From assembly GCF_009914755.1 (NCBI RefSeq), contig NC_060926.1: a stretch of DNA of 64,000 bases, one strand, 5' to 3'. Numbering within the stretch: the first letter of the stretch is position 1; the number at the start of each line of letters is the position of its first letter. Origin of the DNA: the human T2T-CHM13v2.0 reference genome, Homo sapiens. The position numbers and the translations under genes were made by a program. Below the pieces are notes generated by a model, which saw only the letters and a list, made by a program, of their open reading frames with translations, was not told where the DNA came from and searched no databases. Positions 1 to 14,797 of the stretch are shown piece by piece.

Positions 1-239
1 CTTGTAATATCTGCTGTGTTGCAAATGGAAGCTACATGCTACATTGACACTGTACCTTGTTAGCAACAAGATTGCTAGTTACTAAATTTTTGTTGTCAGT
101 GCCTGAGTGCTGAAATATTGGACCCTCAATCTGAATATTGCCAAGCGATTGTACATGGGGATCTATATTTAATATAAACATTTCAGTATATTTGGTAAAA
201 CTTTTATTAAAATACATCAAAGAATCTTTGATCTACTAA

Positions 240-582
240 ACCAGGAGTTGGCCAGCTTTTTCTGCAAAGAGCTAGTTAGTAAATATTTTAGGCTTTGTGG
301 ACTACATATATTGATTTTCTTGAGACAGGGTCTCACTCTGTTTCCCAGGCTGGAGTGCAGTTGTGTGATCATGGCTGACTGCAGCCTCGACTTTCTGGGC
401 TCTAGTGATCCTCTGACCTCAGTCTCTACTAGCTGAGACCACGGGTGTGCAACATCACACCCAGCTAACTGACACTATGGACTGTAAAGTGAATAAGCAT
501 GGCTGTGTTCCAAGATACTTGACTTACAAAAACGGGCAGTGGGCTGGATTTGGCCCACAGGTGCTTATTTGCTGACCCTTGT
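240..582. mobile_element. MER58-like hAT-Charlie DNA transposon interrupted by an Alu monomer (~318-468, minus)
   Basis: Ends ccaggagttggccagctttttc and tttgctgaccct; typical body motifs gtaaatattttaggcttt and ggctggatttggccca. Confidence 0.6.
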
Positions 583-1537
583 GCTAAAAGGAAGGTGCTG
601 CTAATGCAGTGACTTTTATTTGTAAAAGTGCCCTGCATGTGTGACATTATCCTCCCTTTGAGAAAAGGATATATTTCAGTATTCACCTCACCATATTTTT
701 CCAGTGACTTCATATGATTTTGAAAACTACATTTATAAAATAAGATTATTTTCTGCATTTCTCCCACTTTATTCCTGTTAATAGAACTCAGTATTTTACT
801 GTGATCAATTACTTCGTATATTTGATGAGTGTCAACTGTCCTAGAATTGGCTGATTTTTATCAAGCAAGAAATACTCTCCTTGAGAGTTTTAGTATTTCT
901 TGGTCTTTATGTATAAGCATGAACAAAATGATAATCAGCTTATGTAATCTAGAAATGTTCAAAGGGCCTTTAAAACCTTGGTCTGACATTTCTAAATGCC
1001 ATATGTGTATAATTTTTATAACCTTTAGAATATATAATGGTTACATAAAATTTGAAAACTCCACCTGGTATGTAAAATTTGGAAGCTACTATTTCTTGTC
1101 TATCACTTTTCCATGACTGTGGATGAAAATTACATCATTCTCAGTCATGAGCGTTAAGTATATTGTCCTTAAAGAACTGTCTACACTCATGAACTCAAAT
1201 TTTCTTTCCATTCACTCTTGATCTCAATGCCGGTAAGTCTTCAATTTCAGCACTCCTCCAGAACTATTTTTCCTCAAGATTATCACTAATTTTTTTCTGT
1301 ACTAAATCTAGGCATTTTTCTTACACCTCATTTAATCTGTCAGCAATATTTGAGCCAATGGAGGGCATCTCCTCCCTAATGGCGTCTTCACTTGGCTTTC
1401 AGGACCTCACTCCCTCAGGCTTTTCCTCCTGCCTTTCTAGTCCGTTTATCATGGTCTGTTTTGCTTGCTGCTCCTCATCTTTCTCCTTTTGGACATTGTT
1501 GTTTCTCATGGCTCAGTCCTCAATCTTCTTTCTCATA

Positions 1538-1832
1538 ATTTTTTTTTTTTTAAGACAGAGTCTCACTTTGTCCCCCAGGCTGGAGTTCAGTGGCATGATC
1601 TTGGCTCATTGCAACCTCTGCCTCATGAGTTCCAGCACGTCTCCTGCCTCAGCCTCCTGAGTAGCTGGGATTACAGGTGTGCAACACCACGCCTGGCTAA
1701 TTTTTGTATTTTTAGTAGAGACAGGTTTCCCCATGTTGGCCAGGCTGGTCTCAAACTCCTGACATCAGGTGATCTGCCCGCCTTGGCCTCATGACATGTT
1801 GGGATTACAGGCGTGAGCCACCGTGCCTGGCC
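1538..1832 (-). mobile_element. AluS
   Basis: Full dimeric Alu in reverse with a poly-T at ~1538-1551. Confidence 0.9.
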
Positions 1833-2665
1833 CCTCGTGACTTTTTCTACTGTGTATATGCTAGTGATTTCCAAATGTATGTCTCCAACTTAGATCTCTT
1901 TCCTTAATTCCAGATCTCTATATCATCCCACCTACTTGACATCTCTATTTGATTAGCTGTTGGGTATCACACACTTGTCAGATCCAAAATTGGGCTACTG
2001 ATGTCCTTCCTGAAATCTACACCTCATGTAGTCTTTCCTACTTTGGTTAACAGCAACTCTTCCAGTTGCTCTGCCAAAAACCTCAGTGTCTGATCTTTCT
2101 CTCTCAGTCAAGATCTTCTTGACTGATCTTTCTCTCTGTCCTGACACTTCACATCTAATCTCTCAGTAAATCTTGTCAGGTCTATCTGAAGAATATATCC
2201 AGAGGCCAGTCTATCTTGTACATCTGAGCCACCGTCATCTGCAGTTTAGATGAGTGTCATAGACGGGAATTGATAGTCCTGGTTTTTAAAAACTTCCCCT
2301 TTCATCAATTCTTATCTCAGTGGATGTATTTAAAAGATAAGTCAAATGTTGTCATTCCTCTGCCCCTGCCCTTCTGATTGCCTCCTATTTCACTCTGAGT
2401 ATGTGGCAGAGTTCCTCCTAATAACTGAAAGGCAGTAAACCATCTGGCATGTTACCTCTCCTGCTGAAACTTCTGTTTCTTATCTCTATTGCTGTGTTTC
2501 AGCCACACTGAACTTGTTGCTATTCCTGACCTATCCCTAGTGCTTAAAGACTCCAGGCACACCTCTGCACTTAGCAGTTCCCTGTGTCTGGAATGCTTTT
2601 TCCCCAGATATTCTTCTAGCTTACTGTTTCCATTACTTCAGCTCTTTACTTAAAATCCCCTTTCT

Positions 2666-3018
2666 AAGAAGAAGAAAAAGGGTAAAAAGAAACCCATTAA
2701 GGAATAACCACTTCCTGAGGAAGAACCATGTACCAGCACGATTCCTAATCCAGAGAAAATGAAGAAAATGAAAAAAAAGAGAGATAATGAGGACTAACAG
2801 AAAGGAATTAGGATTGTATCATCAGGACGCGTCAGGCTTGAGATTCAATTGGGAACATACCAGGGATGCTCTCTAACGTAATTGAGGGAAGGTTCAATGA
2901 AACAAAGTGATTTATCATCTTTAACTTCAAACCTGTTTGTGTCTTGACATCAACTCTGTTAACATCATCATTTTTTAGAGTCTTTGATGTACAAATAAAA
3001 GTTTCTTTGTATTAAAGA
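2666..3018 (+). pseudogene. 5'-truncated processed NOP58 pseudogene fragment
   Basis: KKKKKGKKKPIKE*PLPEEEPCTSTIPNPEKMKKMKKKRDNED* matches the NOP58 C-terminus. A 3'UTR follows with AATAAA at 2994-2999. 14-bp TSDs at 2652-2665 and 3019-3032. Confidence 0.85.
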
Positions 3019-3547
3019 AAAATCCTCTTTCTCAGCAGGGATTTTTCTGGCCATCCCAACTTTCCCACCACCCTTCCCATCAAACACATAAAGATTTCAT
3101 TTTCCTGCTTTAGTTTTTCTCCTCTAACGTACTGTGTATTTTGCCGTATCTGTCTGTTGTTATTGTGTGTTTATCTCACTCTCATGAATAGGGTTTTTAT
3201 TGTTCATTACCATATTCTCACTTCCTAGAAAGAGGCCTAGCCTATCAGACGTAGCTACCTAATAAATAGGTATTAAATGAATGAATGGAGTTTATCCCGG
3301 GTATATTGTTTGATTGATTCTCACTTAAAAAATGTTTGACAAGGTTCATTTTAACAATTTTGCCTGGTAATTATATGTATTTTAAAAATTCTTTCGGCTT
3401 TTTATAATAAGCTACATTCTTTATATTAATATTTTTTCACTTAGGGAGAAAAGCCCAATATTGTGGTTATTCACTATTCTTTTACTGGTAATCATGATAA
3501 TTGCAATTATGGTAAAATGAGTTAGAGAAATTACAAACTTTACTGGT

Positions 3548-3829
3548 ATTTTATTTATTTAGAGACAGAGTCTCGCTCTGTCACCCAGGCTGCAGTGCAG
3601 TGGTGTGACCTCGGCTCACTGCAACCTCTGCCTCCTGGGTTCAGGCGATTCTCCTACCTCAGCCCCCTGAGGAGCTGGGATTACAGGTGCGTGCCATGAC
3701 ACCCGGCTAATTTTTGTATTTTTAGTAGAGACGGGGTTTCATCCTGTTTGTCAGGCTGGTCTTGAACTCCTGACCTCAGGCAGTCCACCCACCTGGGTGG
3801 ATTACAGGTGTAAGCCACCACATCCGGCC
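3548..3829 (-). mobile_element. AluS (small internal deletion)
   Basis: Alu consensus in reverse with a (TTTA)n tail. Confidence 0.9.
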
Positions 3830-4744
3830 ACTAGTATTTTAGTTTTTTTAGGGTGGTAAATGTAATGGACTCACAAATTCTTTCCAAGGGATTATGGACC
3901 TTCGGTATTTGAAATAAAAAGACAGTTGGAATTTTTTGCTTCCGATAGTAAGACTATACTGGTCAGGCACTGTCTATTCTGATGGAGCAGCTGTTGCTGC
4001 TTGGCTGTCTTTCAGAAGCAAGCTGCTCACACTGATATTGGTTGGTGAGCACAGCCAGTGGTCGGTCATTGATCGATTGACTAGATTTTGAACTGGCTCT
4101 GGCTGGCTTCTTGTTACCATGGCTACAGGTCAATTCTTTCCTAAGTTTGAGTCAACTTTAACCAGAAATTTTCTGTTCAAAAGTTGCCTTCCATTAACTA
4201 TGTTCAAAAAGAAACTTTTTAATATTCCAGAATTGTGGATTTAAAGTTTTGGTTATGATGACTTGGTTAATAATAGCTCTCACGAAGATTTTTTTTTTTT
4301 GATACATCATCTTAACCAGAAGTGTTCTCTGTATAATTTATTTCTTAAAAATAATTGTTTTGTTTTTGTTTTTGGTATTTTTAGAAGCTTTTGCTCAAGT
4401 CCTAACATAATCTCCAGTAGGAGATTTTAGTCTCTTTGTCAGTTCATGTATGTATGTGATAGTCATATTCTGTGTTTTTAAATTCCTTTTCTTGTTCACT
4501 TTTTTCTCTGTACAATAATAGTGATATTGTTATACATTTTTATCTCATTAAAAAGTTGTTAACAATTTTCTGCTGGCAAATCTAGCTTTTTCTATATTTT
4601 GACTGAATAGGTTAAAAGTGAAGAAAATTTACGAGATCATTTTATTTTCAAACAAAATCATAAGTAATAAAAATTGCTATTTTGAATTATAAATAATGAC
4701 ATTTAGATATTTTAAAAATAAGGATAACCCCCCCCCCCCCCCGC

Positions 4745-5080
4745 AATAGTTTGGCTTTGTGTTTCTATGCAAATCTCATGTCAAATTGTAATTCCCAGGT
4801 GTTGAGGAAAGACCAGCTGGGAGGTGATTGGCTCATGGGGTCGGTTTCCTCCATGCTGTTCTTGTGATAGTGAGTGAGTCCTCACAAGAGCTGATGGTTT
4901 CATAAGGGGCTCTTTGCGCTTCACTTCTCTCTTCTCTCTCTCCTGCCGCCTTATGAAGAAGGTGCCTGCTTCCCCTTCCCCTTCTACCATGGTTGTTAAG
5001 TTTCCTGAGGCCTCCCCAGCCATGCGTAACTGTGAATCAATTAATCCTCTTTCCTTTATGAATTACCTAGTCTCAGGTAT
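4745..5080 (+). mobile_element. MaLR LTR (MST/THE1 type)
   Basis: gtttggct...aaatctcatg...gggaggtgattgg...aagtttcctgaggcctccccagccatg...aattacctagtctcaggt. Confidence 0.8.
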
Positions 5081-5194
5081 GTATGTGTGTGAATTACCCA
5101 GTCTCAGCTATGTACATATGTATATGTGTGAGTGTATATACACACATACATATATATGATACATGTATGTGATGTGAGATATATATATATGTAT

Positions 5195-6800
5195 ATACGT
5201 CCATTTTCTTTATTCCACGCATCAGTTGATGGACACTGGTTGATTCCATATCTTTGCATATTGTGAATTGTGCTGCAGTAAACATATGTATGCGGGTGTC
5301 CTTTTGAGAGTATGATTTCTTTTATTTTGTGTAGATATCTGGAAATGAGAATGCTGGATAAAATGGTAGGATCTACTTTTAGTTCTTTGAGAAATCTCCA
5401 TACTGTTTTCCATAGATTTGTATGAAGTTGCATTCCCACCAGCAGTGTATCACTGTTGTCTTTTCACCGCATCCACACCAACATCTGTTGTTTTTTGATT
5501 TCTAATAGTGGCCATTCTGGCTGCAGTGAGGTGATATCTCACTGTGGTTTTATTGTACATTTCCCTGATGATTAGAGATATTTAGCGTGTTTTTATATGC
5601 TTGTTTACCGTTTGTACATCTTCTTTTGAGAAATGTCTATTCATGTAATTTGGCCACTTTCCAATGGAATTATTTGCGTTTTTCCTGTTGATTTGTTTGA
5701 GTTTCTTGTAGGTTATAGATATTAGTCCTTTGTTAGCATCATAATTTTCAAAAGTTTCCCATTGTATAAGTTGTTGTTTTACTCTGATGATTATTTCTTT
5801 TGCTGTGCTGAAGCTTTTTAGTTTAATTAGGTCTTATTTATTTATTTTCATTTTTGTTGGATTTGCTTTTAGGGTCTTCCTCATAAATCCTTTGCCTAGG
5901 CCAATGTTTTCAGGTCTTAGGTTTAGGCCTTTCATCCATCTTGAATTAATTTTTGTATATGGTGAGAGATAGAGATCCAGTTTCATTCTTCCACATGTGG
6001 CTATCTTTTTTTCCCAGCACCATTTATTGAATAACCTGTACTTTCTCCAGTGTATGTTTTTGTATCCTTGCTCAGAGATCACTTGGTTGTAGTGGCTTTA
6101 TTTCTGAGTTGTCTGTTCTGTTCCATTGATCTATGTATCTGTTTTTATACGAGTACCACGCTGTTTCTGTTACTGTGGTCTTAGAGTATCATTTGAAGTC
6201 AGGTAATGTGATGCCAACATATTTGTTCCTTTTGCTTGATATGTCTGTTGCTGTTCAGGCTCTTTTGTGGTTCTACATGAATGTCAGCATTTTAAAATAA
6301 TTCTGTGAAGAATGACATTGGTACTTTGGTAGGTATTGTATAGAATGTGTAGACTGCTTTGGGCACTATGGTCATTTTCACTATATCAGTTCTTTCAGTC
6401 CATGAACATAGGATGTATTTTCATTTGTTTGTGTCATCTGTTATTTTCTTTGGTGGTGTTTTCCAGTTATCTTTATATAGATCACTCACTTTTTTCATTA
6501 AGTATATTCCTAGGTACTTCACACCTTTTTGAGCCACTGTAAAAGGGATTGGATTGTTGATATGAACTCTCAGCTTGGTTGTAGTTGGTGTATAGTGGTG
6601 CTACTGATTGGTATTCATTTATTTTGTAACCTCTGAGACTTTACTGAATTCATGTATCAAATCTAGGAGTGTTTTGTAGGAGTCTTTAGGGTTTTCTAGG
6701 TATAGGATAATATCATTGGTGAAGAGATAGTTTGACTTCCTCTTTTCCAACTTGGATGCCCTTTATTTCTCTTGCCCAATTGCTCTGCCTAGGACTTCCC
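5195..6800 (-). mobile_element. Old L1 (L1PB/L1MA-like) ORF2 and 3' region with internal deletions
   Basis: Minus-strand ORF fragments LFNKWCWEK...KLDLYLSPYTKINSRW and WKTVWRFLKELK are L1 ORF2. Confidence 0.85.
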
Positions 6801-7031
6801 AGTTTTATTCTTAATATGCATGAAATAAAAGTAAAATGGAAAGTGCTTAACGATGAGTTTATTTCACATCTCTCTCTCATACACAGATAAAATTATTTCA
6901 AAGTCCTATGTTAAAAACATAATATTAGACCCTGTCTTGTTCTAAAAGGAATTTCTAAGTTGTTTATAAAATACATAGGAATCAAGAATATAAGTAGAAA
7001 GTGTTTCCAAACAATAAACATAAAGAGTATG

Positions 7032-7541
7032 GGTTACAGGACACAGACCATTAGCAGTCCCTGGCCTGTTAGGACCTGGGCCACACAGCAGGAGGTTCGA
7101 GGCAGGTGAGCAAGTGAAGCTCCATCTGTTTACAGCCACTCTCTGTCGCTCGCATTACCGCCCGAGCTCCTCCTCCTGTCAGATCAGCGGTGGCATTAGA
7201 TTGTCCTGAGTGTGACCTGAACCCTGTTGTAAGTTGCTCATGCAGGGGGATATAGGTTGTTCACTCCTTATGAGAATCGAATGCCTTTCTGATCTGTCAC
7301 CATCTTCCGTCACCCCCAAATGGGACCATCTAGTTGCAGGAAAACAAGCTCAGGGCTCCCACTGATTCTACATTTTGGTGAGATATAATTATTTCATTAT
7401 ATATTAATAATAATAGAAATAAAGTGCACAATGAATGTAATATACTTGAATCATCCTGGAACCATCCCCCACCTCAGGTTCCTGTAAAAATTATCTTCCA
7501 CAAAACCAGTCCCTGGTGCCAGCATGGTTGGGGACACCTGG
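7032..7541 (+). mobile_element. MER1A-like hAT-Charlie DNA transposon
   Basis: ggcctgttaggacctgggccacacagcaggagg...tccacaaaaccagtccctggtgcc...ggttggggac; ~510 bp. Confidence 0.75.
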
Positions 7542-7685
7542 TTAACAGATGTGAGACCCCTTTGCCTTGTCTTGGAATAATGTGCAGATATGCATTGTGT
7601 GAATGACATCTGATGGCGCCATCTTGCCCTGTACATCATTTTAGGGACAGCTCCAGTATTTCATGAAAATTAAAATTTCTTCTAG

Positions 7686-7806
7686 TGACGAACAAAATGA
7701 TACTCAGAAGCAATTTTGTGAAGAACAGAACACTGGAATATTACACGATGAGATTCTGATTCATGAAGAAAAGCAGATAGAAGTGGTTGAAAAAATGAAT
7801 TCTGAG
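7686..7806 (+). CDS. POTEE: Penultimate POTE coding exon (121 bp; (S)[40 protein letters not shown])
   Basis: Acceptor tttcttctAG at 7684-85 and donor GAG|GTatt at 7807. The peptide matches the POTE/ANKRD26-family coiled-coil region and splices in frame to the exon at 9315. Confidence 0.9.
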
Positions 7807-9314
7807 GTATTTTCTTTAGTTATTTTCAAATGTTTTTATATGTGTGTATATTTTAAAGAACTGTATTTTGGAAATATAAAGGATTTTTAAGTCATATATA
7901 TGTGTGTATATATTCTATATATCCTTTGTCATATATCTATATACGTACGTATAGGATAAAGCCATGTTCTTAATTCACCTTCATTTGCCTGCAACAGTTG
8001 AGTAGTGACCTGCACAATGGCCTCAATCCAAAGGAGAAGTATTTGATATTTTTCATAAGAATTGATGATCTTTCCACATCAGAAATAAGTTTTGCTACTG
8101 AAAACAGATTTTCTCGTTTTTGGACATTAGTTTTTTAAAAAATGTTAATAGAGAAGTCAATTGATTATTTTTACTGGTAAGAAAGTAGGAAATGTATAGC
8201 TGGGTCAGAGGCCACATTGTGGATACCATTATCCTTACTTTTGCAGAGAGGAACAGTTTGCTCCAAGTAGTTTCTCATTTCAGTGTAAAGAGGTTTGAAA
8301 ACAATGACATGCCATGATACACATTTAGTAATAATTTATTGATAAGTATTTTGTTTCTGGAGAAATAGTTCAGTATATTTCCCCTATTTCACCATTACTA
8401 CTGTTTCAAACATTATAAAGAGGAAATAAAAGTTACCGCAATGGCAAATAATCTCATGATTTCTAAGAAAATCTCTATAAGTTGTATCTTATTTACCATT
8501 CATATTTTGAAACAAAAGGTTTCTTTTGTATTTATATATTTACACCACAGAAGTAAGTGTGGTTTTGTGGAGGATCACTAGAAGTAGCATCAGCAGACCT
8601 GGGGAAAATCCTGCATCTGTGTATATTTTTTGACCTCTCCTTTTAAGAATCGCGATCTTAAATGAGTTCAGTATTATATGTAGAAGAGCAATGCCTAGAT
8701 ACAGATGTGTACAGTGTAGAAGGGTACAGTGCTTAGATTTGACAGTTATAAATAAATGTAATTCTTATAACTGAGTATAGAAATATTAGAAATGTAGAAT
8801 ATCGGTAAAACGTTCTTCAGTAAAAGAAACTTAAAGAACTTTGAGAAATTGCTTCTGTCCAAATATATGCATAGCTAAGGCTCTTAGGATGGTGTGGTTG
8901 ATAGGTTAGATATCAGAGTGTAAACCTAATCTTAAAAATGTAGTCAAATTATTAATCTTATATTTTATGCCTCTGGGTTTTTTGTAACTCAGAAAAAGGC
9001 TTTTTTAATTCTGGGATTCTTAAAAATCCTCTAGTGATTTATTTTTCATCGTCTTTAAATAAATATTTAAACTTTTAGGAATTTAGGAGCAGATTCCTAA
9101 AAGTTTAAATATTTATTTAAAGACGATGAAAAATAAATCACTGGAGGAATTTACACTCTTATTAGGTTTGAAGTTTTGTCCAATTTTTTTCCAGTTAAAT
9201 ATCCACTATGGGGATTCTTTCATTATACAAATACATGTTATTTTTGAATTTCAGAAGAAATCATGATATGTCAATCTATTGAGTGCTAACTAAAAGTTCT
9301 CTTTGTTTACTTAG

Positions 9315-11238
<1,924 letters not shown>

Positions 11239-11600
11239 TTGAGGAAGCACAGTATTTCAGTACAGTGGACAGCTTAGCATGTTGACAACTGAGAATAAAA
11301 TGCTCAGTTCTGAACTGGACAATGTAAGACACAACGAGGAAACACTGGAAATGGAAATTCAATTACGTCATTGTAGACTGGCTGCTGCTCTACATGATTG
11401 TGACCAAAGTCAGATAGCTGAAAGAGACTTCTTTCCAGAGAACAAGACATGAACAGGTTTATTTACAGAAGACAATGAATTCTCATTTATCTCACCTAAA
11501 AGAGAACAGATTCTTTCTCAACAAGTCTAATGTAGACAGTAAAATCAACAGGCTAAAAATTAAGCTCCACGAAACAAGATAAAACTCTGAGAGAAAAGAC
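11239..11600 (+). pseudogene. Stranded 3' remainder of the ancestral ANKRD26-like POTE exon, decayed
   Basis: Translates to [54 protein letters not shown]..., resembling ANKRD26 (ISQYNGRLSVLTAENAMLNSKLE...RLAAAIHDRDQS), with frameshifts and stops. Confidence 0.8.
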
Positions 11601-14090
11601 GGGGCAGGCCGCCATCTTTCCCGTTCAGGCAACTTAGTCATTCCAGCCTGCGGGCTTTGGAGAGTACAAACCGACGAGGGACAGAAGAGATCCCACAGCA
11701 CAGCATAGCTGCTTTACCAAATCATGGCCAGACTGCTTCTGTAAGCAGGCCCCTGATCCTGTTCCACCTCACTGGACAGGACCTCCCAACTGGGGCCTCC
11801 AGCTACCCCCACCAGCATTCCTTGGCCAATGGAAATGTGAAATGTTCCTGGGACAGAGCTCCCGGAGAGGGGCAGGCCCCCACCTTTGCTCTTTCGGTGA
11901 CTAGCCATTCTGGCCTGCGGGCTTTGGAGAGCCCAAGCTGACAAGGGGTGGAAGAGGTACCTCAGCACAGCACAGCCACGCTACAAAAACGTGGCCAGAC
12001 TCTTGTTTACGTCAGTCCCTGACCACATTTCTAGTCAGCGGGTGAAGTCTTTCAACCAGGGTCTCTGGCTACCTTGACTGCTGTTCTCTGGCCGACAGAG
12101 GTCTCAGGCCTCCCTGAGTCAGAGCTCCCAGGGGGAGGACCAGATTGTCATCTTTGCTGTTTGGGTGACCCAGCCATTTCAGCCTTAGGGCTTCAGAGTG
12201 TCTGAGGTGGACCAGGGGCTGAAGTGAACCCCCAGCACAGCACAGCTGCTCTATAAAAACGTGGCCAGACTTTTTTTTTTGAAGCAAGTCCCTGTTCTTG
12301 TTCGTCCTGACTAGGTAAGACTTCTCAACTTGCCTCCAGCCACATCTTATAGGTGTGTTCAGATTGGCAACAGGTTCGTACCTCAGTGGTACAGAGCTTC
12401 CAGAGGAAGGGGCAGACTATCATCTTCCCTGGAAAATACAAGGCAATTAGGGACTGGAGGGGACCCCCAGCATACCACAGCAGCCCTACAGAAAAGTGGC
12501 CGGGCTCTCTACTTGATGGGCAGATCCTCCTGGCCTGGGTCTCTAGCCAGCCCACCACTGGAGCTATCAAGCCAGTAGCAACTCTGCAGTTCCTGGGACA
12601 GAGCTTCCAGGAGCAAATGAAATCCTTTCTGCCACTGCCTCTGCAGTGGAACTGCCCTTGCTACCCTCAGAAGATGCAAGGGAGCAAAGACCCTAAGTGC
12701 CCTATCAACACCTCCAATAAGCTGCAGTTGACCCAAAGAACAAGCCAGTCCATCTCCCACGGGTACCACACACCCTCCACTACTCATCACCAGACAGGGA
12801 ACCCTGGCTTGGGCCCACAGCACAGACCCTCCATCCTGGGCTGATTACACTAAGTGATTGCTAACTCACATGTCTCTGGGATGGAGCACCCAGGAAACAA
12901 GCAAAGTGGTGGAGCAGCAAGTCAGGTGATGTGGAGCCCAGAGGTCAGGGATGGCTATCTCTCTAGGGTCCACTTGCCCTTGTGAGACACTTTGTCCCAG
13001 CACTTTAGGAATGCTGAGGTCATACCAGCCACATCTTATATGCAAGATTGCCCAGCAGAGATCAGGTCCGAGAGTTCCCTTTTTAAAAAAAGGAGACTTG
13101 CTTAATAAAAGAAGTCTAGCCATGTTTGTGTAGAGCAGCTGTGCTGTGCTGGGGGTTCACTTTTGAGAGAGTTCTCCTCTGAGACCTGATCTCTGGAGGC
13201 TGGGCAGTCTTGCACTTGAGATGGGGCTGGTCTGATCTCAGCACTCCTTAGTCTGCTCGCCTCTCCCATGGCCCCAGCCTGGCCACACCTGCTTACGGGG
13301 CACTCTTAGATGCCCACACCATAGCTTCCATGCTAGTGGACTGTACCATATCAGTGGAGAGCTGCAGCAAGGTGGCCCCTAGAGCCACGCACCAGCCTGC
13401 ACATTGCCTCTCCATACGGCAGCCCTTTATTTGGAAACTTCCTAAATCACTTTGCTGTGTGTGTTTACACGGGTGGGTTTTGCTTTACTTGCCCTGAGAG
13501 CACACGGGAGTGCAGCACACACCCCAACCCACATCAACTGCCATTAAAGAAAAGAAATTTCAGCCCAGAATTTCATGTCCAGCAAAATTAAGCATCATAA
13601 GTGAAGGAGAAATAAGATCCTTTTCAGACAAGCAAATGCTGAGGGAATTTGGTATCACCAGATCTACCTTACGAGAGCTCCTGAAGGAAGCACTAAATAT
13701 GGAAAGAAAAGATCATCACCTACTACTACAAAAACACTGAAGTACACAGTCCAATGATGCTAAAAACCAAGCACATATGTAAGTCTGCAAAATAACCAGC
13801 TGACAGCATGACGACAGGATAAAATCCACACATACCATTACTAACCTTAAATGTAAATGGGCTAAATGCTCCCATTGAAAGACACGGGGCAAGCTGGGTA
13901 AAGAACCAAGACCCACTGGAGTATGCCGTCTTCAAGCAACCCATCTCACGTGCAGTGCCATACATAGGCTCAAAATAAAGGAATGGAGAAAAATATTTCA
14001 AGCAAATGGAAAACAGAAAAAAGGTGTTGCACTCCCAGTTTCTGACAAAACAGACTCTACCAATAAAGATAAAAAAAGAGAAGGACATTA
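11601..14090 (+). mobile_element. Old primate L1 5' part: repeated 5'UTR monomers (~270 bp), scrambled middle, ORF1 end and ORF2 start
   Basis: Monomers ggggcagg-cgccatcttt...cagcacagcacagc recur at ~11601, 11871, 12135 and 12410. ORF1 peptide KEKKFQPRISCPAKLSIISEGEIRSFSDKQMLREF at 13545-13740. Confidence 0.75.
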
Positions 14091-14790
14091 CAAAGGTGGT
14101 CCTGACCTTTGATAAATCTCATTATTGCTTGATACCAACCTGGGCTATTTGTATTGCCCAAACGAATAGGATAATTTGCTGAGGTTGTGGAGCTTCTCCC
14201 CTTCAGAGAGTCCCTGATCTCCGAAAATTTGGTTGAGATGTAAGGTTGATTTTGCTGTACAACTCCTTTTTTGAAGTTTTACTCATTTCCAACAAGGAAG
14301 GCAAGTTTTCCTGCTTCCATTGACAAAGGAGAGCAGGCACCTCCTTTCCTGAGTTTCAGCTTGCTTCTGACAGGGAAGGTGAGTGTAAGTTTTTCCAGCT
14401 TCTAAGATGGCAGAGAATGATCACCCAGTCTGAGCCTTATTTCCAGGTAAGTAGCTGAATTAGAGTTTTGTCTTAAAATTTTTGTTTAATGACTAAAATT
14501 TAAGATTACCCACCAGCTGCTTTTAATTCCTCCTTACCATTAGAACACTCAGTTAATCATATGAATTGTGCATTTGTTTGTTTTGCTTAACTCTTTTTGT
14601 TTATGTTTGGGGTTTTATTGTTGTTTCACTTTTCTCCCATCTCTTCCTGACTTGGTCAAATCCAAAGGAATGTTCCAAATTGTGGGGAGCAAGGCATCTG
14701 AATTGGCTAAAACTCCTGTGGCTGCAAAACAAAAACAAAAACAAAACAAAAAAAAAAACATAAAAAACAAAAAAATCCAGTTGGAAATTT
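14091..14790 (-). mobile_element. Probable ERV1-class internal fragment
   Basis: Abrupt switch away from L1 sequence; resemblance to MER4-group internal sequence is from memory only. Confidence 0.35.
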
Positions 14791-14797
14791 TTTAAAA

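Larger units (their letters stand above)
1150..3287 (+). mobile_element. Old L2 element, interrupted by an Alu and the NOP58 retrocopy
   Basis: Pyrimidine-rich L2-like body ending in aataaata...aatgaatgaatg at ~3260-3287. Confidence 0.6.

Noticed and set aside
4728-4742. C15 homopolymer
   Set aside because: A simple run at an LTR edge with no further evidence of function.
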